Shown: positions 1-5,179 of the stretch, one piece after another
Layout: each line of letters starts with the position of its first letter
Position numbering within the stretch: the stretch's first letter is position 1
DNA from: a virus
Lineage: Duplodnaviria; Heunggongvirae; Uroviricota; Caudoviricetes
Length of the DNA stretch: 5,179 nt
IMG/VR virus record: IMGVR_UViG_2698536369_000018
Strand: one strand, 5' to 3'
The notes under the pieces: generated by a model
What the model saw: only the letters and a program-made list of their open reading frames with translations
Database searches by the model: none
Told to the model about the DNA's origin: nothing
Made by a program: the position numbers and the translations under genes

Positions 1-281
1 GGGTTATCGCTCGCCACGGGAATATCTACGGCAGCAAGCCAGTAATGGGTTAAGTGATAACAGGTGTCTGGAAATATAGGGGCAAATCCAATCTCCTCGA
101 AATGGTCATCAATTATGTGACCACTATTCAGACAAGCTTCTTTGGCGCGCGTTAATACAGGTATAAAGTGACGATACTCAGAATAACCCAGTAGTTTCCC
201 AAGTTGTCTTGCTGACCATTGTTCTGCTCCGTTTGCATTAATCAGCTTTATCTCTTCAAAAGGTTGATGATGTTCGTTCAT
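1..281 (-). CDS. dinD: DNA damage-inducible protein D (DinD-like), 5' portion only; 93 codons in window, CDS runs off the window start
   Basis: Minus-strand ATG at 279-281 preceded by GGAG 6 nt upstream. Translation MNEHHQPFEEIKLINANGAEQWSARQLGKLLGYSEYRHFIPVLTRAKEACLNSGHIIDDHFEEI... matches the DinD N-terminus as I recall it (from memory, no search). Frame stays open to position 1. A second in-frame ATG lies 12 nt further upstream (291-293). Confidence 0.7.
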   Translation of the reverse strand, partial: MNEHHQPFEEIKLINANGAEQWSARQLGKLLGYSEYRHFIPVLTRAKEACLNSGHIIDDHFEEIGFAPIFPDTCYHLTHYWLAAVDIPVASDN

Positions 282-324
282 TGCCCACTCCATGTGATAT
301 CGATTGCAAAGAAAGTAAATCTGT

Positions 325-344
325 AACTGTATTTATATACAGTT
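325..344 (-). promoter_or_regulatory. LexA operator (SOS box) in the dinD promoter
   Basis: Plus strand reads AACTGTATTTATATACAGTT, a perfect CTGT-N8-ACAG LexA consensus. Its reverse complement AACTGTATATAAATACAGTT is the published dinD SOS box as I recall it. It sits 44-63 nt upstream of the dinD ATG and contains a TATAAAT -10-like element on the minus strand. Confidence 0.85.
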
Positions 345-578
345 GTGAGTATCTCACGTTCTCAGTGTGCTGGGCAAAAAGACATCGCAAAATCTGGAGC
401 AGGCACGCAAAACAGAATTGAATGTTGCGGGGAAGAAAAATGCCGCTCTGTTTGAGTGGGCGGCATTTGTGAAGGCTGAAAAGTAAGAATTGGCGTTACG
501 AGTTATTCTTGAATCTGTTTGTAGAGTATTGGCCTCAATGCCGCATTGTAGCTGATTTTTTTCTAATGCGTTTTTTGA

Positions 579-600
579 TTATGTACACCCTTATGTACAC
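579..600 (+). promoter_or_regulatory. Two direct copies of TTATGTACAC (12-bp period), each containing the palindrome TGTACA; candidate operator
   Basis: TTATGTACACCC / TTATGTACACGT at 579-590 and 591-602, flanked by T-runs at 556-562, 571-576 and 602-608, immediately upstream of the ORF at 631. No protein can be assigned to it from sequence. Confidence 0.25.
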
Positions 601-630
601 GTTTTTTTAAAGCGTTCAGCAATTACGCTG

Positions 631-891
631 GTGGATGATCACGGATGGCCTGATATCTACAGCCGCCTTAAAAAGCTGGACCCGACAAGCATTACTGCGT
701 ATCGGGTTCGTTCGCTCTTTCTACTCGTGGCAGATGAGTTTATTGGTGTGATTTTATCGGGCGAGGGTATTGTATCAGGCATCCCCTTTTCTATGCAGAT
801 TTGCATAGTTCCGAATGGTGGCGTTATGGAAGCCTCCCATATCAGCATCATGCCCACCAGCGTGAAGTATTTTTTTATTTCGCGGGTGTAA
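631..891 (+). CDS. Hypothetical small protein (86 aa), weakly supported
   Basis: ATG-initiated ORF from the six-frame track. No convincing Shine-Dalgarno (GGTGG directly abuts the ATG) and no recognisable motifs; codon usage is plausible. It could be a chance ORF in an intergenic region. Confidence 0.25.
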   Translation: MDDHGWPDIYSRLKKLDPTSITAYRVRSLFLLVADEFIGVILSGEGIVSGIPFSMQICIVPNGGVMEASHISIMPTSVKYFFISRV

Positions 892-932
892 AAATTTGAC
901 TAGGCGGGCGGTCCCATAAGCAATGGATTGTA

Positions 933-946
933 GGGATTTCGATCCC
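933..946. other. Short perfect hairpin GGGAT-TTCG-ATCCC
   Basis: 5-bp stem with a TTCG tetraloop, followed by a C-run. It does not fold into a canonical tRNA T-arm (5-bp stem with 7-nt loop) on either strand. Confidence 0.3.
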
Positions 947-967
947 CCCTCCTGAATGCAATTTTTC

Positions 968-979
968 GTATATATATAC
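968..979. repeat. 12-bp perfect palindrome GTATATATATAC containing (TA)5
   Basis: Read directly; it lies 8 bp upstream of the 9-mer repeat block. Confidence 0.6.
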
Positions 980-987
980 AAAACAGT

Positions 988-1013
988 GCGGGTTATGCGG
1001 GTTACCGGGTTAT
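988..1013. repeat. Three tandem direct repeats of a 9-bp motif GCGGGTTAY
   Basis: GCGGGTTAT (988-996), GCGGGTTAC (997-1005) and CGGGTTAT (1006-1013), read directly. Confidence 0.8.
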
Positions 1014-1088
1014 CTTAGCGTGCTAACTATTTTTTGTTCTTTAGTATCAATATGTTGAAAAATGCACTGTTCATTATTCAAGCATCGC

Positions 1089-1151
1089 ATAACCCGCAAA
1101 ACATCCCAAATAACCCGCAAACGCCCCAAAATAACCCGCAAACACATTGCT
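1089..1151. repeat. Three tandem 21-bp repeats, each beginning ATAACCCGCAAA (iteron-like)
   Basis: ATAACCCGCAAAACATCCCAA (1089-1109), ATAACCCGCAAACGCCCCAAA (1110-1130), ATAACCCGCAAACACATTGCT (1131-1151). The period is exactly 21 bp (two helical turns). The conserved core ATAACCCGC is the reverse complement of the GCGGGTTAT repeats at 988-1013, so the two blocks form an inverted pair across a 75-bp AT-rich spacer. Confidence 0.8.
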
Positions 1152-1751
1152 GAAAGCTGGGGTGGATAGTTCCACTGGTGCCACAGAACGGCTGAATACG
1201 GTAACTGTTGCTGGTGGTCTGTCCTGTTGTCGTTCCAGTCTCATCAAATTGAGAGGCAAGACAAAGTGCATTTTTGCACTATAGCCAAAGCCTCATAAAA
1301 CAGAGTTACCCCCACAGGTTGGCAAACCATTACCCAACGCAATTAAGTGCGTCAGAATCGATTACAGCGCGTTCCTGTGGCACATTGTTGCCGTTCTCAA
1401 CAGTGAAAGGAGAGCGTAAAAAGCGCATATCTATTACTGTTGAGGGGTGTAGCGGCATATATCGCGCATATCCACGCCGTTAATCCCGATACCGTCACTG
1501 CGCATTGAGATCCACCAGAAGATTAAGATAGTTTTACCTGAAATTATCCAAATAATTGTTTTAACTGATTAATTTTTCGAATATCTATTGTTAGGGAATA
1601 AATCATCAGATACACCATAAAACGACATCTTTCAGGGTGTAGAAGATGCAAAGCCGGTACTGAAGAAAAGACAAAGAATATGAATGGCTGGCCACACGAT
1701 GGAAGGATTGTCCATTGAAGGATCAATCCCCATGGTATAAGTATTAATAAA

Positions 1752-1796
1752 ACCGCGCAGCGGGCTTTTTTATCTGCGGTTTCCCGCCCGGGCGGC
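1752..1796. other. GC-rich hairpin cluster with T-runs on both strands; possible secondary or bidirectional terminator
   Basis: CCGCGCAG (1753-1760) pairs with CTGCGG (1774-1779) with one bulge. A small CCGC-GCA-GCGG hairpin (1753-1763) is followed by T6 on the plus strand (1766-1771), and TTTTATT follows on the minus strand. A 12-bp perfect palindrome CCGCCCGGGCGG lies at 1784-1795. Confidence 0.4.
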
Positions 1797-1809
1797 GGTG
1801 GCATTCGTT

Positions 1810-1836
1810 AAAAACAAGGCCGCGAAAGCGGCCTTG
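1810..1836 (-). terminator. Rho-independent terminator of the minus-strand operon
   Basis: On the minus strand: CAAGGCCGC-TTTC-GCGGCCTTG (9-bp perfect GC-rich stem, 4-nt loop) immediately followed by TTTTTAA. It begins 8 nt after the stop codon of the 104-aa ORF. Confidence 0.8.
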
Positions 1837-1843
1837 TGACATG

Positions 1844-2158
1844 TCACGATAGTTCCGTTTTGTTGAATTCAATTATATCAAGGTCAGAACTTTCGTAATC
1901 CTTACCGAATAAAGCAAAACATATCGCGTCAAGTTCTCTCTTATGTTTGGACGCCCGATCATAATTACCACCCCAACAGCAAATGAATCCACCAAGTACT
2001 GCTGATTCAAAAAGTAATGATGCTGCATCAATATGTCTGAACCAGGAGTCTATAAGTAAAGCAGAGAGTGATATTAATGTTCCCCACCCGCCAATCCTTC
2101 TCCATTTCTCAGCTTCATATTTAAGAGAAGCAATATATTCAATTTTATCTCTCGTCAT
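1844..2158 (-). CDS. Small putative membrane protein (104 aa), AT-rich and rare-codon-rich; last gene of the operon
   Basis: Its ATG overlaps the stop of the upstream 918-aa ORF (minus strand reads TGATG, sharing one base). Two hydrophobic segments (IGGWGTLISLSALLIDSWF and AASLLFESAVLGGFICCWGG). Codon usage is atypical for its neighbour: 4 AGA, 1 AGG and 4 ATA codons in 104. No family recognised. Confidence 0.6.
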   Translation of the reverse strand: MTRDKIEYIASLKYEAEKWRRIGGWGTLISLSALLIDSWFRHIDAASLLFESAVLGGFICCWGGNYDRASKHKRELDAICFALFGKDYESSDLDIIEFNKTELS

Positions 2159-4914
2159 CAGTTCCCCACCGCCTTTCCAAAATCCGGTGCTCTACGTGGC
2201 GCAATAGCACCCGGTTCCCACCAACTCGTTATGTCGAACTCCCGTTGCGCGCGGTCCCTTACTCGATCATTGTAACCAGGGTTTGCCATCTCCTGAAGTT
2301 GTTGCAATATCAGGTGATTGGTTATCGCTTTCGCATACCACAGGTTTGCGAATGGGGTGATCATGCGGGCTGTTTTCAGTGCATCGGCACCGAATGATGT
2401 TTCTTCACCCTGTATAGCCTTCTGTGGGTTAGTAATCAGTAATTTTGTTAACTGCTCTGCAAAGCTCAACACAGGGCCACCCATAGTGGCACCGATGCTG
2501 GAGCCATATTGCGTATGGTCCTGGAAAATAAAATCACCGTAGATACCGAACGAACCACCTTTCAGTAGAGCCTGAACCCATGTGGTTGGTTTTGTCATAT
2601 CCAGCGGGTCATTACCATTTAACAAACTGTTCATCTGGATCGCAAACATACCAGCAAGAGTTGTTCCCCCGATATATGAGGCCAGAAATTTAATGGCCGG
2701 AACGGTGTCCAAATCCCGTGTTCTGTTAACAAGTTGCCGAAATCCAGCAAATGGGGTTGTTTTGAAGAGCATGAAGCTCTTCATTAACTCGCCAGCATCA
2801 TCACGGGCATATGTATCAATACCCGTAGCGGTGGTCACAGCATTGGTCATCTCACCGTGCGTAATTCCCAGCAATTTCTGGGCTGCTTCAGCGCGTGCAT
2901 TACGAATCATGCGCATGATGGTCTGCTCAGCCTCAGCGTCGAATGCTTCTTTCATCCGTTTCTGGCGTTCTGGAGGGAGATCACCAAGGGCTGCCAGTGC
3001 CTTTTCACTCCCGGCACGAATCCGGGCAATACGGTCTGCCATAATGTCGGCGATTACGTTATCGGGCACAGCGTAAATCGCGTCTGGCGTCATCCCCATA
3101 TGCCCGGCTGTAGTCATCGGCCTGAGTTCTGCCGCTGCCATGATGGCCCAGTCCTCATTGCTCCATCCCTTGTTAGCCAGAATGGTTTTATCGGTTCCTT
3201 TTATATCGTCCAGCGTCTTAAATTTTCTGGTCAGCTCGCCAATGTTTTTGTACATCAGGAGACCAAACGACGCTTTGTTTGCGCGGTCCATAGCGATCAG
3301 CCCGGACCACTTCAGTGTCTTCTCTGCGAACCAGCCAGTTATGCCGCGAGACAAGTCAAACCCACCCATTTTCGAAACCACAGCAGCATGTGAATCCACC
3401 AGCAGACCGAGTTCAGCATTCGCCTTTTTGGCATCTCCACTAAACAGGTTTTTGATAGTGTTAACGGAAAGCCGCATTCCACCACGGGTAAAGCCCAGCG
3501 CCTGCGCATTTGCCCGCATAATGGCCTGGTCGCTGGTTGCTGTCAGTACGCTGGTGCCAAGCATGGCGCTGGTCATCAGGTTACGCAGACCACCAACTGC
3601 TGAAGAGAACACACTCGATGAAGCGACACCATTTAGGCCAGCCATTGAGTTGAACATACGGGCAACTAATTTGGCCTCATCCTCCATTTCTTTTTTGCGT
3701 TTCCCGCCTGTTACTGCGCGCTTATAGATGCGATCCAGTACCAGGGAAAAGTTTCTTTCGGCGTCCGGACCAAAGGCTTTAACGACGCCCAAATCCCTGG
3801 ATGATGATTGCAGGTGCGACATCATCACCCCCACCAGCGGCTGCTGAGTGTATCGCTCCATATAGGCGAAGTGTGACTGCGCATCCTTGAACGCCATCAC
3901 CCTGTGCTGAGAACCACGGCTCTTTATTCCTCCGGCTCCCATAAATGTACCAGGCTCAATTTTGTTTGCCCCATCAGTGGCCTTCGTTTCAAAGATCGCT
4001 TCCAGTGCCTGACGGTACTCAACGTCATTCATAATGCTGCCATCAGGATTAACGTAATTGCTGCGATCCTGCGTGTTGTAAACGTCATCAACCCATGCCT
4101 GGCGGGCAAACTCAATCGGTGGCTGGCGACCTGAAAGACGTGCTGTAGCTTGTTCTGTCACTGGTAACGATGCCAGCCATTCTTCGCGCCCGGCATTGCG
4201 AATAAGGTCAGCATCATCCACATATGGCATATTCCAGTCGTCTCGCTGGCCTATGTCAAAGCCGTTGTCGTTCATCTCATGGCGAACACGGCTTGTTACA
4301 TCCTTCCAAATCTGTGCAATTTTCTTCGCCAGTGGATTCCCGGTATCTTCGCCGTAAATCTCTTTAAGGATCTGGAGTTGTGCAGACTTTGCCGCCTGCC
4401 TGTCGAATACACTCCGAAACCGCTGCTCTCCAAGCGCCCTGCTCTGCTCGAAGAATTTGCGGACGTCATCACCTGCTTTTAGAAGTTCAGCACTGAGCTG
4501 ACGGGACCAGTCCTGATATGCCCCAATTGCAAGCTCTTCAGCAGAAGTAACGGAGATATCAGCTTTGTCTCTCGATCGTCGGCCAGCAAAAATAAACTGC
4601 TGCAAATTAACAGGTGTCTGCTGATCAGGCGGGATGTTAGCATCGAGAGTGTCAATAATTTTACTGATGGCGATCGCATTGTGGGCAACACGCTGTCTTT
4701 TCTTGTACACATCATGAACCACACGCTGGCGTACCAGTTCTGCTGCATCCATGTATGTTTGAGCATCAGGAATACCACTTTTTCCTTCTTTTGCATTCTT
4801 TCTGTGCACATGCTGCACAGCTTCTTTGATACGATCTTCAATATTTTTCAGCTCATCAGCCTTTGGCTGGCGACCAAGTGTCTGCGCAATAGCTTCAACA
4901 CATGCCTGTTTCAT
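2158..4914 (-). CDS. Large hypothetical protein (918 aa from the ATG at 4914; the track's 925-aa version starts at a GTG at 4935); function unknown
   Basis: Longest ORF in the window with codon usage typical of enterobacterial genes. The ATG at 4912-4914 is preceded by GAGGAA 6 nt upstream and overlaps the TAA of the upstream 53-aa ORF (TAATG). I see no Walker A/B, HNH, DDE or other catalytic signature by eye. It has a K/E/R-rich helical N-terminal third and a central Gly/Ala/Ser/Thr/Met-rich stretch (NSMAGLNGVASSSVFSSAVGGLRNLMTSAMLGTSVLTATSDQAIMRANAQALGF...). Confidence 0.85.
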   Translation of the reverse strand: MKQACVEAIAQTLGRQPKADELKNIEDRIKEAVQHVHRKNAKEGKSGIPDAQTYMDAAELVRQRVVHDVYKKRQRVAHNAIAISKIIDTLDANIPPDQQTPVNLQQFIFAGRRSRDKADISVTSAEELAIGAYQDWSRQLSAELLKAGDDVRKFFEQSRALGEQRFRSVFDRQAAKSAQLQILKEIYGEDTGNPLAKKIAQIWKDVTSRVRHEMNDNGFDIGQRDDWNMPYVDDADLIRNAGREEWLASLPVTEQATARLSGRQPPIEFARQAWVDDVYNTQDRSNYVNPDGSIMNDVEYRQALEAIFETKATDGANKIEPGTFMGAGGIKSRGSQHRVMAFKDAQSHFAYMERYTQQPLVGVMMSHLQSSSRDLGVVKAFGPDAERNFSLVLDRIYKRAVTGGKRKKEMEDEAKLVARMFNSMAGLNGVASSSVFSSAVGGLRNLMTSAMLGTSVLTATSDQAIMRANAQALGFTRGGMRLSVNTIKNLFSGDAKKANAELGLLVDSHAAVVSKMGGFDLSRGITGWFAEKTLKWSGLIAMDRANKASFGLLMYKNIGELTRKFKTLDDIKGTDKTILANKGWSNEDWAIMAAAELRPMTTAGHMGMTPDAIYAVPDNVIADIMADRIARIRAGSEKALAALGDLPPERQKRMKEAFDAEAEQTIMRMIRNARAEAAQKLLGITHGEMTNAVTTATGIDTYARDDAGELMKSFMLFKTTPFAGFRQLVNRTRDLDTVPAIKFLASYIGGTTLAGMFAIQMNSLLNGNDPLDMTKPTTWVQALLKGGSFGIYGDFIFQDHTQYGSSIGATMGGPVLSFAEQLTKLLITNPQKAIQGEETSFGADALKTARMITPFANLWYAKAITNHLILQQLQEMANPGYNDRVRDRAQREFDITSWWEPGAIAPRRAPDFGKAVGN

Positions 4915-5075
4915 TATGGGTTCCTCAAGAAGCACGCTGCCGCTACAGAATAAACCTTCGATTCGTTCTGGACTGTCTTAATCTGTTCATCCAACTCAGC
5001 CAGGAGATCAGAAAGTTTTGTCGGGTTTCCGGTTTCCGGGTGAGCTATAGTCAGCTCAGGATTGGCAACAGCCAT
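4914..5075 (-). CDS. Small hypothetical protein (53 aa) translationally coupled to the large ORF
   Basis: ATG at 5073-5075 with a G-rich stretch (GGGGCGG) about 8 nt upstream; translation MAVANPELTIAHPETGNPTKLSDLLAELDEQIKTVQNESKVYSVAAACFLRNP. Its TAA (4914-4916) overlaps the ATG of the 918-aa ORF. It is below the size cutoff of the supplied ORF track, so this is my own reading. Confidence 0.45.
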   Translation of the reverse strand: MAVANPELTIAHPETGNPTKLSDLLAELDEQIKTVQNESKVYSVAAACFLRNP

Positions 5076-5119
5076 GTTGAACCGCCCCGGGTTTCCTGGA
5101 GAGTGTTTTATCTGTGAAC

Positions 5120-5179
5120 TCAGGCTGCCAGATCATCGTTGCCGATGGAAGCATAATAAGCTTTTTCTGCTTCTGCCGG
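5120..5179 (-). CDS. 3' end of an upstream minus-strand gene (last 19 codons plus stop); partial
   Basis: This frame is open from the window edge and reads ...PAEAEKAYYASIGNDDLAA then TGA at 5120-5122, with typical high-usage codons. A second frame is also open from the edge and ends at 5056-5058 but uses rarer codons (CGG, AGG, CTT), so frame assignment is uncertain. Confidence 0.3.
   Translation of the reverse strand, partial: PAEAEKAYYASIGNDDLAA

Noticed and set aside
1-100. Possible disruption of dinD near the window start
   Set aside because: After about residue 63 the translation (GFAPIFPDTCYHL...) does not match my uncertain recollection of the DinD continuation, but I cannot verify that from memory and the frame remains open. 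Not claimed.
349-486. K/E-rich 39-codon plus-strand frame ending at 484-486 (…LGKKTSQNLEQARKTELNVAGKKNAALFEWAAFVKAEK)
   Set aside because: It looks protein-like, but the frame is closed by a TGA at 346-348, has no ATG (only a GTG at 367) and no ribosome-binding site. It may be a remnant of a disrupted gene, but it cannot be supported as a gene.
896-960. Possible tRNA 3' fragment or attachment site (GGGATTTCGATCCC resembles a T-arm)
   Set aside because: The hairpin is a 5-bp stem with a 4-nt TTCG loop, not the 5-bp stem with 7-nt T-loop of tRNAs, and no acceptor-stem or CCA-like context is present on either strand.
657-981. Minus-strand ORFs at 657-857 and 775-981
   Set aside because: They overlap each other and the plus-strand candidate ORF, and have no start context or recognisable features. 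Likely chance ORFs.
988-1151. CRISPR array
   Set aside because: The repeats are only 9-21 bp, there are just three copies per block, the spacers are not unique spacer-length units, and no cas genes are present.
1074-1271. 65-aa minus-strand ORF spanning the 21-bp repeat block
   Set aside because: Its repetitive FAGYFGAFAGYLGCFAGY stretch is just the translation of the tandem DNA repeats, so it is an artefact of the repeats rather than a gene.
1274-1804. ORFs at 1274-1483 (plus, TTG start) and 1544-1804 (minus, begins inside the terminator hairpins)
   Set aside because: Non-ATG or structurally implausible starts, no Shine-Dalgarno, low-complexity or proline-run translations, and they lie in AT-rich noncoding sequence.
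2318-4482. Plus-strand ORFs of 67-195 aa inside the large gene (2318-2542, 2582-3076, 2857-3393, 3140-3727, 3904-4134, 4279-4482)
   Set aside because: They all lie antisense within the 918-aa minus-strand CDS, have Ser/Arg/Cys/Pro-rich low-complexity translations typical of antisense frames of a GC-balanced gene, and lack ribosome-binding sites. Shadow ORFs.
4479-4953. ORFs at 4479-4841 (minus, 120 aa) and 4681-4953 (plus, 90 aa)
   Set aside because: Both are alternative-frame or antisense overlaps of the 918-aa CDS with implausible Cys/Leu/Phe-rich translations.
5056-5135. Programmed -1 frameshift of the tail-chaperone G/GT type upstream of the large gene
   Set aside because: There is no X-XXY-YYZ slippery heptamer in the overlap window, and the -1 frame hits a stop immediately upstream.

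Overview
All confidently called genes are on the minus strand. At the left edge is the 5' part of an SOS gene whose N-terminus and upstream LexA box match E. coli dinD as I recall them (no search was possible). Between 1844 and 5179 lies a compact minus-strand operon: the tail of an upstream gene, a 53-aa ORF, a 918-aa protein of unknown function, and an AT-rich, rare-codon 104-aa putative membrane protein, ending in a strong intrinsic terminator. The ~1.5 kb between that terminator and the dinD promoter has no convincing gene but is dense in structure: a block of 9-bp direct repeats facing three 21-bp repeats of the inverse motif across an AT-rich spacer, several palindromes and hairpins, and a very AT-rich tract. 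I could not assign the large protein to any family by eye. The operon plus the repeat block is the candidate accessory or mobile-element-derived system; its function is not established from sequence alone.
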